In this document: piece after piece, positions 18,903-30,205 of the stretch
Numbering within the stretch: the stretch's first letter is position 1
Layout of the letters: each line of letters opens with the position of its first letter
Source of the DNA: a virus
Virus record (IMG/VR): IMGVR_UViG_3300046028_008994
Strand: one strand, 5' to 3'
DNA length: 64,000 nucleotides
The notes under the pieces: generated by a model
Told to the model about the DNA's origin: nothing
What the model saw: the letters and a program-made list of their open reading frames with translations, nothing else
Database searches by the model: none
Program-made: the position numbers and the translations under genes

Positions 18903-20336
18903 ATGATAAAAGAAAAATTCGGTTATTTAAAACCTGACGAAAGAAAGAAAATACTCCTAATATGCGATGATATTCGTGTACATTCAGGAGTAGCAACAGT
19001 TACAAGAGAAATAGTATTTCACACAGCTCAACATTTTAATTGGGTAAATTTAGGAGGAGCAATTAACCATCCTGAAGCCGGTAAACGTTTAGATTTATCT
19101 CAATCAATAAACGAGGCTACAGGTTTAACAGATTCTTCTGTATTTATGTATCCTGTAAATGATTATGGAACTCCAGATTTATTACGACATATAATAAAGA
19201 TTGAAAAACCAGATGCTATAATGCTAGTTACTGATCCACGTTATTTTATATGGTTGTTTAGTATGGAAAATGAAATTAGAAAACATATTCCAATTACTTA
19301 TTTGAATATCTGGGATGATTATCCAGCACCTTTATATAACAAACCATTTTATGAGGCTTGTGATTTATTAATGGGTATTTCAAAACAAACAGTTAACATT
19401 AACAAATTAGTTTTAGAAGAAAAAGCATCAGATAAAATCATTAAATATGTACCTCATGGTTTAAATCATGAAATATTCAAACCTTTAGATAAAAATGATC
19501 CTGCTTTAATTGAATTTAAGAAAAGAATACTTAAAGGCAAAGAATATGATTTTGTGTTATTTTTTAACTCTAGAAATATTAGACGCAAACAAATCCCAGA
19601 TACTATTTTAGCATACAGACATTTTATAGATAAATTAACTGCTGAACAAGCTAAAAAATGTGCTTTTGTATTACATACTGAAAGAGTAAGTGAACATGGT
19701 ACTGATTTAGATGCTGTTATTGAATTATTAGCTAATGGTGAAGAATACAATATTATCTTTACAGATGATAGATTTGACCCACACCAAATGAATTTGCTTT
19801 ATAATTGTACAGATGCTCAAATTTTATTAACTTCAAATGAAGGTTGGGGATTAAGTTTAACTGAAGCATTATTGACAGGTAAACCAATTATTGCTAACGT
19901 AACAGGTGGAATGCAAGACCAAATGAGATTTGAATTTGAAGATGGAACGTGGATTGATTTCACCCCAGATTTTCCTTCAAACCATAATGGAACTTACAAA
20001 AAACATGGTAAATGGGCATACCCAGTATACCCAACCAATAAATCATTGGTAGGTTCACCAGTAACACCGTATATATGGGATGATAGATGTACAGCCGAGG
20101 ACGCTGCTGAACAAATTATGAACGTTTATACAGACGAAAATCGTGTTGAAAACGGTTTAGCAGGTAGAGAATGGGCATTAAGCGATGAAGCCGGATTTAC
20201 AGGTGAAAAACAAGGTATTAGAGTAATAAATGCATTTGATGAATTATTTTCAACTTGGGAACCAAGAGAAAAATTCGAATTTATTAATACCAATGAAGTT
20301 AAGGATAGAAAAATAAACCATAAATTATTATACTAA
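18903..20336 (+). CDS. GT-B (GT4-like) glycosyltransferase
   Basis: HSGVA, YVPHG, RNIRRK, EGWGLSLTEA. Confidence 0.9.
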   Translation: MIKEKFGYLKPDERKKILLICDDIRVHSGVATVTREIVFHTAQHFNWVNLGGAINHPEAGKRLDLSQSINEATGLTDSSVFMYPVNDYGTPDLLRHIIKIEKPDAIMLVTDPRYFIWLFSMENEIRKHIPITYLNIWDDYPAPLYNKPFYEACDLLMGISKQTVNINKLVLEEKASDKIIKYVPHGLNHEIFKPLDKNDPALIEFKKRILKGKEYDFVLFFNSRNIRRKQIPDTILAYRHFIDKLTAEQAKKCAFVLHTERVSEHGTDLDAVIELLANGEEYNIIFTDDRFDPHQMNLLYNCTDAQILLTSNEGWGLSLTEALLTGKPIIANVTGGMQDQMRFEFEDGTWIDFTPDFPSNHNGTYKKHGKWAYPVYPTNKSLVGSPVTPYIWDDRCTAEDAAEQIMNVYTDENRVENGLAGREWALSDEAGFTGEKQGIRVINAFDELFSTWEPREKFEFINTNEVKDRKINHKLLY

Positions 20337-20340
20337 AAAA

Positions 20341-21630
20341 ATGAACAAACCGTTATTTATAATTAGTTCTGCATTTGATACTTACAGTGGGTATGGTGCT
20401 AGAAGTCGTGATCTGATCAAAGCAATTATTGAAACAGACAAATATGAGGTAAAACTATTATCTCAACGTTGGGGAAATACACCATTTGGTTTTTGTGAAG
20501 ACAATTCTGAATGGGAATTTTTAAGTAAATTAGTATTACCTAATAATCAATTACCTAAACAACCAGAAATTTGGATGCAAATTAGTGTTCCAAATGAATT
20601 CCAACCAGTAGGAAAATACAATATTGGTTGTACAGCAGGTATTGAAACAACAATATGTCCTCCTGATTTTGTAGAAGGTATAAATAGAATGGATCTAACA
20701 TTAGTATCTTCAGAACATGCTAAAAAAGTATTCCAAGATTCTAAATATGAAAAAAGAAATCAACAAACTAATCAATTAGAAGGAGTCGTTGAGTTAAATA
20801 AACCAATGGAGGTTTTATTTGAAGGTGCTAATTTAGATGTTTATAAAGCAATTGATACACCTTGTTCTTTAGATATTAACATAAAAGAAAGTTTTGCTTA
20901 CTTATTTGTAGGACATTGGATGCAAGGAGATCTTGGAGAAGATAGAAAAAACGTAGGTTTTTTAATTAAAGCATTTTATGAAACATTTAAAAACAAATCA
21001 AATAAACCAGCACTTATTTTAAAAACATCTCAAGTAGGTTCTTCATATGTTGATAGAGAAGAAATTTTGAAAAAAATTAAAATGATTAAAAAAACAGTTA
21101 ATTCTACAAACCTACCAAACATTTATTTATTACATGGTGAATTCACTGATGTTGAAATGAATGAAATATATAATCATTCTAAAATAAAAGCTATGATTAA
21201 TTTAACTAAAGGTGAAGGATTTGGAAGACCATTACTTGAATTTACTTTAAGCAAAAAACCATTAATTACAACAGGTTGGTCAGGACATTTAGATTTTTTA
21301 AATCCTGAATTTACTACTTTAATTGGAGGTAATTTAGCTAATGTTCACCCAAGTGCTGCTAATCAATTTATATTAAAAGAAGCACAATGGTTTTCACCAG
21401 ATCCAGGTCAAATAGGTTTTTATTTAAAAGATGTATTTGAAAATTATAAAAACTATACTGATGGAGCTAAACGTCAATCACACTATAGTAAAACTAACTT
21501 TAGTTGGGATAAAATGAAAGAAAAAACAGATGAATTATTTACTAAATATATTCCTGAATTTCCAAAACAAATAGAATTAAAATTACCTCAATTAAAAAAA
21601 ATTGAATTACCAAAATTACAAAAAATATAA
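20341..21630 (+). CDS. GT-B (GT4-like) glycosyltransferase
   Basis: SGYG, DRKN, GEGFGRPLLE, GWSGHLDF. Confidence 0.88.
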   Translation: MNKPLFIISSAFDTYSGYGARSRDLIKAIIETDKYEVKLLSQRWGNTPFGFCEDNSEWEFLSKLVLPNNQLPKQPEIWMQISVPNEFQPVGKYNIGCTAGIETTICPPDFVEGINRMDLTLVSSEHAKKVFQDSKYEKRNQQTNQLEGVVELNKPMEVLFEGANLDVYKAIDTPCSLDINIKESFAYLFVGHWMQGDLGEDRKNVGFLIKAFYETFKNKSNKPALILKTSQVGSSYVDREEILKKIKMIKKTVNSTNLPNIYLLHGEFTDVEMNEIYNHSKIKAMINLTKGEGFGRPLLEFTLSKKPLITTGWSGHLDFLNPEFTTLIGGNLANVHPSAANQFILKEAQWFSPDPGQIGFYLKDVFENYKNYTDGAKRQSHYSKTNFSWDKMKEKTDELFTKYIPEFPKQIELKLPQLKKIELPKLQKI

Positions 21631-22094
21631 TGAATAACGAACAAATGATAATATGCCCTAAATCAAAGGGCGATGCCTGTATGGTAACAGAAGCGACCCC
21701 AGGCATCAAAACATACTTTAGTTTTTCATGTGGTTTTCAAACAAATTCTTTAATGAAAGAAGGAGAAGATTTTTATGAAGAACAAATATCAATACTACCT
21801 GAATTATACAAAGATTTAACATGGAAAGATCCTGAAACCGAATTGATGTGGATTCCAAGCATGGTAAATGAACCTACTAAAGGTATGATTTTTGCTAATG
21901 GTCCTTCTAAAGATAGTTGGGGATGGTCAGCTGTAAAAGCAGTACCAGTAACAGAAGCAGAAGCTGAAAAATACCCAATTCCAGGTAAAAAAGGTGAGTA
22001 TTATAAATTGAGAATGGATATGACAACTATGAAAAATTTTTCTGAAAGAGAATACATAGATGCTTTATCTTATGTTGGCTTACTACCGGAATAA
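21630..22094 (+). CDS. hypothetical protein
   Basis: 154 aa coupled ORF in glycosylation island. Confidence 0.65.
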   Translation: MNNEQMIICPKSKGDACMVTEATPGIKTYFSFSCGFQTNSLMKEGEDFYEEQISILPELYKDLTWKDPETELMWIPSMVNEPTKGMIFANGPSKDSWGWSAVKAVPVTEAEAEKYPIPGKKGEYYKLRMDMTTMKNFSEREYIDALSYVGLLPE

Positions 22095-22109
22095 TCGTAT
22101 ATTGGCAGT

Positions 22110-22760
22110 ATGAAAATTAGTTATGCAATTACTGTCTGTAACGAACTAGAAGAAATAAAACAACTATTACCTTTTCTAATCGAAAATAAAAGAAAAGAAG
22201 ATGAAATAGTTGTTTTTTTCGACTCAGTTAATGGTTCTCAAGAAGTAGAACAATATTTAAGAAGTATTGAACCTGGTTTGACCTATACCCCAATTGAAAA
22301 TTATACTTTTAGATGGTATGGTTATGATTTTTATGGTGATTTTTCTAATATGAAAAATGAACTTACTGAATTTTGTAAAGGTGATTATATATTCAATATA
22401 GATGCTGATGAAATGATTTCTAAAGATTTTATTGAGGTATTACCTTTAATCATTGAAAATAATCCTGAAGTAGAATTTTATTGGGTCCCAAGAGAAAATT
22501 ACGTAACAGGAATAACTCAAGAACATATTCAAAAATGGGGTTGGAAATTAGATAATTACAACAGAATAAATTACCCAGATTATCAAGGTCGTATTTACAA
22601 AAATGAACCTAATAGAATTATGTGGGTAAATAAGGTTCATGAAAGAATTGTAGGATATAAACATTATTCAACATTACCTGATAACCAGGCTTTTTCAATA
22701 AACCATACAAAAACAATAGAAAAACAAGAAAAACAAAACGAGTTTTATAATACAATATGA
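22110..22760 (+). CDS. GT2 glycosyltransferase
   Basis: ISYAITVCNE, IDADE, PDYQGR, VHE. Confidence 0.85.
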   Translation: MKISYAITVCNELEEIKQLLPFLIENKRKEDEIVVFFDSVNGSQEVEQYLRSIEPGLTYTPIENYTFRWYGYDFYGDFSNMKNELTEFCKGDYIFNIDADEMISKDFIEVLPLIIENNPEVEFYWVPRENYVTGITQEHIQKWGWKLDNYNRINYPDYQGRIYKNEPNRIMWVNKVHERIVGYKHYSTLPDNQAFSINHTKTIEKQEKQNEFYNTI

Positions 22761-23569
22761 AAATAAAAACATCCCATTTTGATAAAAAATTATTTGAAGA
22801 TAAACTTCAACATTTATCCCATTTAGATTTTTCGTTATTCGTAGAAACTCCTCCACAATCACAAGATGAATTATCAAACATAAACATTATTTCATTCCAA
22901 GAACCTAATGAGTATTTTGGTTTACATGATTGGACTATCCAAAATAAAAATTTATTTGATGTTATACTAACACAAAGTGATAAAGTATTAAATAATTGTG
23001 ACAATGCTACTTTCCAACCGTTTGGACATACTTGGTTACAACCAGATCAATATAATAAAGAACATGATAAAAATTTTCAATTATCTCACTTATGTGGTAA
23101 ATTATTAAAAACATATGGTCATTCTTTAAGACATGAAACTTTAGCAAGACAAAATGAATTTAATATTCCTCTTAAATTTTATGATGTTTATGGAGATAGA
23201 AATAACATTGAAGATGCTCGTTTAGGTAAAGAATTTATATTTGGAGATTCACAATTTGGAGTAGTAATTGAAAATACTTCACGTAGAGGATATTTTACTG
23301 AAAAAATATTAGATTGTTTTTTACTTAAAACTATTCCAATTTATTGGGGTTGTTCGAATATTGGGGATTTTTTTGATATAGACGGTATTATTACGTTTAA
23401 TAACGTAGATGATTTAATATATATATCTAATAATTTAACAGAAGATTATTATGAATCTAAAAAAGAAATTATAAATAAAAATTGGGAATTAGCTTTAAAG
23501 TTTGTACATTACGAACAAAATATAATAAATAAAATAGAAGAAATTTTTAAACACAACAATATAATATGA
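22757..23569 (+). CDS. GT10-like glycosyltransferase
   Basis: IEN...YFTEKILDCF...IPIYWG. Confidence 0.75.
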   Translation: MKIKTSHFDKKLFEDKLQHLSHLDFSLFVETPPQSQDELSNINIISFQEPNEYFGLHDWTIQNKNLFDVILTQSDKVLNNCDNATFQPFGHTWLQPDQYNKEHDKNFQLSHLCGKLLKTYGHSLRHETLARQNEFNIPLKFYDVYGDRNNIEDARLGKEFIFGDSQFGVVIENTSRRGYFTEKILDCFLLKTIPIYWGCSNIGDFFDIDGIITFNNVDDLIYISNNLTEDYYESKKEIINKNWELALKFVHYEQNIINKIEEIFKHNNII

Positions 23570-24708
23570 AAAAAATATGGTACGCCCCCTATAAGTTTGA
23601 ATCTTATGGAGAAGAAGAAATTAAAGCAGTAGAAGAATCATTACGTTCAGGGTGGTTAGGTGGACAAGGTCCTAAATCTGTTGAATTTGAAGAAAAAATT
23701 GCTAAACGTTTCGGAAAAAAATATGGAGTGTTTGTAAACTCAGGATCATCAGCTTGTTTATTAGCATTAGCTTGTTTACAATTACCAAAAGGAACCAAAG
23801 TTATTACACCAGCTTGTACATTTTCAACAACATTAGCTCCTATGATTCAATTAGGACTTAACCCAGTATTTGTAGATGTAGGATTAAACGATTACGTAGC
23901 TGACATCGATCAAATAATAGAAGCTATTACACCTGAAGTTAAAGTAATTATGTTACCTAATTTAATTGGTAACAAACCAGATTGGAAAAAACTAAAAAAT
24001 GATATAAAATTTTTAGGTAGAAAAGATATTATATTAATTGAAGATTCGGCAGATACTATTACTAATACTCCTGAGTCAGATATTGCTACTACAAGTTTTT
24101 ATGCTTCTCATGTTATTACTGCTGGTGGTACAGGAGGTATGGTGATGTTTAATGATAAAAAATTAGTAAATGTTTGTCTTCAATTTAGAGATTGGGGTCG
24201 TTTAGGTGGAGATTCTGAAATAATGTCTGATCGTTTTAATCATATGGTTGATGATATTCCTTATGATCATAAATTTTTATATAGTGTTTTAGGATACAAT
24301 TTTAAATCATCAGAAATGAATGCTGCTTTTGGTTTAGTTCAATTAAAACGATTTGAGAATTTTGAACAAATTAGAAGAAAAAATGTCGAGCGTTATATTG
24401 AAAATCTTAAAGATGTAAAAGAAATTTTATTACCTGATGATTCTATCCACCCTAATTGGTTAGCTATTCCTTTACAAACAGAAAAAAGATATGAGTTACT
24501 TAATTTTTTAGAAGATAATAATATTCAAACTAGAGTAACATTTGCTGGTAATGTAACTCGCCATCCTGCCTATAGAGAATATTTACAAGATTTTACAAAC
24601 TCTGATATTATTATGAAAAATGGATTTTTATTAGGAGCACATCATGGAATGACTGTTGGTGATGTGGATTATGTATGTGATAAAATTAAAGAATTTTTTA
24701 ATAAATGA
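23566..24708 (+). CDS. DegT/DnrJ-family PLP/PMP enzyme, probable NDP-4-keto-6-deoxyhexose 3-dehydratase (RfbH/DdhC/ColD-like)
   Basis: VNSGSSA, IEDSAD, SFYASHVIT (His at the Schiff-base Lys position), RDWGR, YDHKF, GYN. Confidence 0.8.
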   Translation: MKKIWYAPYKFESYGEEEIKAVEESLRSGWLGGQGPKSVEFEEKIAKRFGKKYGVFVNSGSSACLLALACLQLPKGTKVITPACTFSTTLAPMIQLGLNPVFVDVGLNDYVADIDQIIEAITPEVKVIMLPNLIGNKPDWKKLKNDIKFLGRKDIILIEDSADTITNTPESDIATTSFYASHVITAGGTGGMVMFNDKKLVNVCLQFRDWGRLGGDSEIMSDRFNHMVDDIPYDHKFLYSVLGYNFKSSEMNAAFGLVQLKRFENFEQIRRKNVERYIENLKDVKEILLPDDSIHPNWLAIPLQTEKRYELLNFLEDNNIQTRVTFAGNVTRHPAYREYLQDFTNSDIIMKNGFLLGAHHGMTVGDVDYVCDKIKEFFNK

Positions 24709-25322
24709 TAGATTTAAAAAAACAAATAGTCAAAATTGCTTTTAAGCACAAATTAAGTCACTTAGGAAGTTACCTTTCTAGTGTTGATATAATAGATGAA
24801 ATATATTCTAAAATGAATAAAGATGATATATTCATCCTATCCTCAGGACATGCTTCATTAGCGATGTATGTTTGTATAGAAAAATATTTTGGTATTGATG
24901 CTGAAATGTTATTTTTAAAACATGGAGGTCACCCTCATAGAGATGAAGAAAATAAGATTCATTGTTCAACAGGTAGTTTAGGTTTAGGTTTACCTATAGC
25001 ATTAGGTAGAGCATTAGCTAATCCAAATAGAAAAGTATGGGTATTAATTAGTGATGGTGAGGCAGCTGAAGGAAGTATTTGGGAATCACTTAAAACAATT
25101 CAAGAATTAAATATTAACAATATTGAGGTATTTGTTAATATAAATGGATTGTGTGCTTATAAAGAAGTAGATATTGATTACATGTCAATAAGACTTAAAT
25201 CATTTTTACCTCGAATTGAATTAAGATACACTACAGTAGAACAATATCCTTTTTTAAAGGGATTAAATGCTCACTACCATGTAATGTCAGAAGAAAATTA
25301 TAATCAAGTTATAAACATATGA
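24705..25322 (+). CDS. transketolase N-terminal (TPP-binding) subunit
   Basis: SHLGS, LSSGH, TGSLGLG, SDGE..EG. Confidence 0.88.
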   Translation: MIDLKKQIVKIAFKHKLSHLGSYLSSVDIIDEIYSKMNKDDIFILSSGHASLAMYVCIEKYFGIDAEMLFLKHGGHPHRDEENKIHCSTGSLGLGLPIALGRALANPNRKVWVLISDGEAAEGSIWESLKTIQELNINNIEVFVNINGLCAYKEVDIDYMSIRLKSFLPRIELRYTTVEQYPFLKGLNAHYHVMSEENYNQVINI

Positions 25323-25795
25323 GAAAAGAATTCGCACAACTATTACATACCGAAATGATTAATAATCCTGATATTTATTTAATCACAGGTGATCTAGGAT
25401 ATGGATTATGGGATAAAATCAAAAATGATTATCCTAATAGATTTTACAATGTTGGATCTTCAGAAATGGCTATGATGGGAGCAGCTATTGGTTTAGCTAT
25501 GGATGGAAAAATTCCATATGTTTACTCAATTACACCATTTGCCATCTACAGACCATTTGAAATGATTAGAAATTATCTTGATCACGAAAATATCCCAGTA
25601 AATATTGTTGGAGGAGGTAGAGATAGAGATTATAGTTATTTAGGATTTTCACACTGGTCACACGATGATAGAAGAATAATGGGTGTTTTTGATAATGTAA
25701 AATCATTTTGGCCTGAAGATGAAGATGAATTGCTAAATAGTTTTCAATTTTCACTTACAAAACAATCACCTACTTATATAAATCTTAAACGATGA
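25319..25795 (+). CDS. transketolase pyrimidine-binding subunit
   Basis: TGDLG, NVGSSE, RPFEMIR, GFSH. Confidence 0.88.
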   Translation: MRKEFAQLLHTEMINNPDIYLITGDLGYGLWDKIKNDYPNRFYNVGSSEMAMMGAAIGLAMDGKIPYVYSITPFAIYRPFEMIRNYLDHENIPVNIVGGGRDRDYSYLGFSHWSHDDRRIMGVFDNVKSFWPEDEDELLNSFQFSLTKQSPTYINLKR

Positions 25796-26571
25796 ATGTA
25801 TTAATAACAGGTGGAAATGGTTATGTTGCTAAAAGTCTTTATAATGCTTTAAAAGAAAAATATAATATAACTTTAATTACAAGAAAAAATTTTGATTTAA
25901 CAGATTCATTTGAAACTCTTAAATTTTTTTCTAATAAATATTTTGATATTGTAATCCATACTGCGGCTGTTGGTGGTAGTAGACTCAAACCAGAAAACTC
26001 GTCTACTATGGATCAAAATCTTCAAATGTATTATAATTTATTATCATGTAAAAACAAATACAATAAATTTATATATTTTGGTTCAGGAGCAGAAATATAT
26101 AACCCTGAATCACCATATGGTTTAAGTAAAAGAGTAATTGCTAAATCAACATCAGAAATTGAAAATTTTTATAATATAAGAATATTTGGTGTGTTTGATG
26201 AAAATGAATTAGATACTAGATTTATAAAAACATGTATTAGAAAATATATTAATAAAGAACCAATGTTGGTACAAGATAAAAAAATGTCCTTCTTCTATAT
26301 GCAAGATTTAATTACATTAGTAGATCATCATATTCAAACCCCCTCAAGTTCTTTATTAAAAGAAAGTAATTGTGCTTATCTTAACTCAACTTCATTAATA
26401 GATATAGCTAATATTATAAATGAACTAGATGATTATAAAGTTCCAATTTATATAGATACACAAGTAGGAAAAGATTATGAATCAAAATATAATGCTCCGT
26501 ATTTACTAAAATATATTGGATTAAATCAAGGAATTATAAAAACATATAATAAATTAAAAAATGAATATTAA
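25792..26571 (+). CDS. NAD-dependent epimerase/dehydratase/reductase
   Basis: TGGNGYV, HTAA, YGLSK. Confidence 0.88.
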   Translation: MNVLITGGNGYVAKSLYNALKEKYNITLITRKNFDLTDSFETLKFFSNKYFDIVIHTAAVGGSRLKPENSSTMDQNLQMYYNLLSCKNKYNKFIYFGSGAEIYNPESPYGLSKRVIAKSTSEIENFYNIRIFGVFDENELDTRFIKTCIRKYINKEPMLVQDKKMSFFYMQDLITLVDHHIQTPSSSLLKESNCAYLNSTSLIDIANIINELDDYKVPIYIDTQVGKDYESKYNAPYLLKYIGLNQGIIKTYNKLKNEY

Positions 26572-27502
26572 AATAACGCTCCATATAATGCCATGGGATA
26601 TAGATTGTGCATTATTAGTTTTTGATAAATTAAAACAATCTTCTTATTTTATTAGTAATGAAGATAAAATTTATATTGATTCTTTTTTAAATTTATCTCA
26701 CGACATTATTGATTGGGATAATTCTTCATTTCCAAAAGAATATTTTATAAAAAAATATCAAATATTAGATGATCTAGTTAAAAATGTTTTTATCCATAAA
26801 CCATTTATATATGACAAAGAAGGAATTTATGGTCATTTAGATTCCCAAAAAACCATAATTGAACCATTTATTGATTATTACATAGGATTATGTCCTGATG
26901 TTGAATTTCAAGAACATCTTCTTTATTATTTAATAGAATCAGCAAAACAAATAAAAAATGAATATTTTGTTTTAACTCCTCAAATTTTTAAGAGTTGGGA
27001 TTCAAGTTGGGATATTTTAGTAAATGATAAATTTCAAGACATCCCTTACAATCAATGTTATAATATTGATATTCATAAAATAAGACATGACTGTTTAGAA
27101 TTAGACACTCCTACACTTAAACTTTCTCCTGGTTTTAAATTTGCTGGTTGGCTTGATTTGTATAGTAAAAATTTTTATGAAAAATTAATACCTACTTTAG
27201 ATGAATGGAAAGGATATGGTCCTTGGGATTTATATGCTATGAATGTATGTAATATTGCAAAATCTAAAGGAGTAGATGTTGAACAATATATTTTAGAAAA
27301 CCAAGTAATATGGTTTAAAGATGTAGGTTGTTGGCAAAATGAAGAAGAACATGCGGGTCATGGAAAAATAAGATTAATTTATAAAGATTTTTTAACAATA
27401 AAACTTGGAAGACAAGAACAAAGATCGTATATTGATACAAATATTATTCATTATTTAAACCAATGGATAGAATATGCTAAAAATAATAATATAATTAAAT
27501 AA
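26561..27502 (+). CDS. putative GT-A glycosyltransferase
   Basis: CPDV (DxD-like), GYGPWD; island context. Confidence 0.5.
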   Translation: MNIKITLHIMPWDIDCALLVFDKLKQSSYFISNEDKIYIDSFLNLSHDIIDWDNSSFPKEYFIKKYQILDDLVKNVFIHKPFIYDKEGIYGHLDSQKTIIEPFIDYYIGLCPDVEFQEHLLYYLIESAKQIKNEYFVLTPQIFKSWDSSWDILVNDKFQDIPYNQCYNIDIHKIRHDCLELDTPTLKLSPGFKFAGWLDLYSKNFYEKLIPTLDEWKGYGPWDLYAMNVCNIAKSKGVDVEQYILENQVIWFKDVGCWQNEEEHAGHGKIRLIYKDFLTIKLGRQEQRSYIDTNIIHYLNQWIEYAKNNNIIK

Positions 27503-27505
27503 AAA

Positions 27506-28204
27506 ATGATAAAAACAATAACAACTTATGAAGATCTAGTTCAAGATCTTATTGACAACAAAATTACAATGGTTAGACCAGATGAATTTAAAACTATATT
27601 TAAACATTATCCTAAAATACAACAAGTAGAAGGAGATGTAGTAGAATGTGGTGTTTGGAGAGGAGGTTTTTCAATATTTCTTAGTTATATATTCCAGGAT
27701 AAAAACATTTGGGTTTGTGATTCATATGAAGGTTTTCAACCACCTGAAATAGCTAAACATCAATATGATAAAGAAAGACATACTCATCTTGTTACTCACA
27801 ACGCTGTAGGTCCATTAGCTATTAGTCTTGAAGAAGTTCAATTACATTTTAAAACATATGGTTTAGGTGAAGAAGAAAGAATTAAATTCTTAAAAGGATT
27901 TGTTAAAGATACTTTACCAACATCAGGAATTGAAAAAGTTTCATTATTAAGAATAGACGTAGATGCTTATTCTGCTACATTAGAAACATTAGAGGAATTA
28001 TATGATAAAGTACAACCTGGAGGATATATAATATTTGATGATTCTTGTTTATATGAAACTTTAGATGCTATTAAAACATTTTTTAAACAAAGAAATATAG
28101 AAGAATATATTTTACACCCTGTTACTGATGAAAAATTATCATTAAATGCTCAACACACAAATGATGATTCAGGTTTTCCCGCAGGTTGTTATATTATAAA
28201 ATAA
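27506..28204 (+). CDS. TylF/MycF-family sugar O-methyltransferase
   Basis: GDVVECGVWRGG, DSYEG, KGFVKDTLP, LRIDVD, GGYIIFDD. Confidence 0.92.
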   Translation: MIKTITTYEDLVQDLIDNKITMVRPDEFKTIFKHYPKIQQVEGDVVECGVWRGGFSIFLSYIFQDKNIWVCDSYEGFQPPEIAKHQYDKERHTHLVTHNAVGPLAISLEEVQLHFKTYGLGEEERIKFLKGFVKDTLPTSGIEKVSLLRIDVDAYSATLETLEELYDKVQPGGYIIFDDSCLYETLDAIKTFFKQRNIEEYILHPVTDEKLSLNAQHTNDDSGFPAGCYIIK

Positions 28205-28211
28205 ATAAAAT

Positions 28212-28943
28212 ATGAAAAAAACATTAACTCAAATTGCAAATGCAGTTGTTTCCCAAAATGGGGAATCAAATGGGATTGATAAAGGAACAATTAAGAATTC
28301 ATGTCATGGGTTTACAAAAGCATATGATAATATATTAACTCCTTTAAGAGAAAAACCTATTCTTATGTTAGAAATAGGAGTATCGGGAGGGGGTTCCCTT
28401 AAAATGTGGGAAGAATATTTCACAGATGTTACAATTATTGCTCTAGACATTGTTGATGAGACTCATCTATCAAATAATAAAACTTTTGTTTATCAATTAG
28501 ATCAATCTAATGAAACTCAATTACAGAATTTTGTAAATCAATGTAACGAAAATGGATATGAATTTGATTTTATTATTGATGATGGAAGTCATCATATGAG
28601 AGACCAACAATTAACATTAGCTTATTTATTTCCATTACTAAAACCTCAAGGAATATACATTATAGAAGATCTTCATACATCTTTACTTCCTAATGGTTAC
28701 CCAATATATGGAAAACTTATAGAAATTCACCCAAACAGACATAATACTACATTAAATTATCTTTCTCATGGTATAGATAGCATTTATATTACGGCAGAAC
28801 AAAATAAATATTTAAATGAAAATATTGATTATATCAATATACATAATATATTTAATCCTATTATAGATACATGGCATGAATCTTTAGGTGTAGGAAAACC
28901 ATATAAAGGAAGAAGCATAACATCATTCATATTTAAAAAATAA
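28212..28943 (+). CDS. class I SAM methyltransferase
   Basis: LEIGV..GGSL, IIDDGSH, GIYIIEDL. Confidence 0.85.
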   Translation: MKKTLTQIANAVVSQNGESNGIDKGTIKNSCHGFTKAYDNILTPLREKPILMLEIGVSGGGSLKMWEEYFTDVTIIALDIVDETHLSNNKTFVYQLDQSNETQLQNFVNQCNENGYEFDFIIDDGSHHMRDQQLTLAYLFPLLKPQGIYIIEDLHTSLLPNGYPIYGKLIEIHPNRHNTTLNYLSHGIDSIYITAEQNKYLNENIDYINIHNIFNPIIDTWHESLGVGKPYKGRSITSFIFKK

Positions 28944-28946
28944 AAA

Positions 28947-29528
28947 ATGAAAATAATTCAAATCGGGGCTAATAATGGAAAAGATAACGTTTTTGATTTC
29001 ATTAAAGAAAATCAAAAATCACTAGAGTTAGCAATATTGATAGAACCTATACCTTTTATTATCAATGAATTAAAAGATCAGTATAAAGATATAAATAATA
29101 TTGTAGTAGAAAATATAGCTATAACTAATGAAGAAAATCTTGAACAAATGACTCTATATTATTTAGGAGATAGTAATTATGAAGTAAGTTCATTTAGTAA
29201 ACATCATGTAATAACCCATAAACCTCCAGGTTCATCATTTCCATTAGAATCATTAGAAGTTTCTTGTTTAACTATTAATAAGATTATGAATAAATATGAT
29301 TTAGAAATAATAGATTATTTATTTATAGATACTGAAGGATTAGATGTTCATATAATAGCTAGTATTGATTTTACAAAGTATAAAATTAAAAATATTATAT
29401 TTGAAGCTGTTCATACTGATGGTGCATTTAGTAAAGGTGAAAATTTTAATAAAATATGTAATTATTTAAATCAATTAGGATATAATTTATCAAATATAGA
29501 CCAATTAAACATAAAAGCTAGTTTATGA
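28947..29528 (+). CDS. FkbM-family methyltransferase
   Basis: IQIGANNG, IEP, IDTEGLD. Confidence 0.88.
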   Translation: MKIIQIGANNGKDNVFDFIKENQKSLELAILIEPIPFIINELKDQYKDINNIVVENIAITNEENLEQMTLYYLGDSNYEVSSFSKHHVITHKPPGSSFPLESLEVSCLTINKIMNKYDLEIIDYLFIDTEGLDVHIIASIDFTKYKIKNIIFEAVHTDGAFSKGENFNKICNYLNQLGYNLSNIDQLNIKASL

Positions 29529-30205
29529 AAATAATATATAGAATATCAGACGCAGGTTACAATAAAGTAAAACCTGACTATATTAACAATGAAAATTGTT
29601 TAAGGAATTTCGTTCATGTGTTTGGTAATCAAAATTTAGAAATTATAGCAGATAACTGTAGTGAAGAAACACTACGTATGATTACTAAATATGTACATCC
29701 AAATAAAATACAAAATGTATCTATTGGACATGGAGCAGGAACATTTAATCTAGCTTTAGATAAAGCATTAGAATATGATGATGAAACAATAGTTTATTTT
29801 GTAGAGAATGATTACCTTCATAGAGAAAAATCACCAGAAGTTTTAGTTGAAGGATTACAATTAGGATATGATTATGTTTCTTTGTATGATCATCCTGATA
29901 AGTATATTAACGGAGCAAATCCATTTGTAGAAGATGGTGGGGAGGTAACAAGACTAATGCTAACAAATTCTTGTCATTGGAAGTTAACAAACTCTACAAC
30001 TATGACATTTGCTGCTAGAGTAAGTACTTTAAAACAAGATGAAGCAATCCTAAGAGATTTTACATCAGGAACACACCCCAACGACTTTCCAATGTTCTTA
30101 GCTTTAAGAGAAAAGCAACATGGATTAGTAACACCAGTACCAGGATACTCTACACACGGAGAAACAGCTTGGTTAACACCTTTAACAGATTGGAGTAAGA
30201 TATGA
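29525..30205 (+). CDS. putative GT-A glycosyltransferase
   Basis: YFVENDYLH, YDHPDKY. Confidence 0.65.
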   Translation: MKIIYRISDAGYNKVKPDYINNENCLRNFVHVFGNQNLEIIADNCSEETLRMITKYVHPNKIQNVSIGHGAGTFNLALDKALEYDDETIVYFVENDYLHREKSPEVLVEGLQLGYDYVSLYDHPDKYINGANPFVEDGGEVTRLMLTNSCHWKLTNSTTMTFAARVSTLKQDEAILRDFTSGTHPNDFPMFLALREKQHGLVTPVPGYSTHGETAWLTPLTDWSKI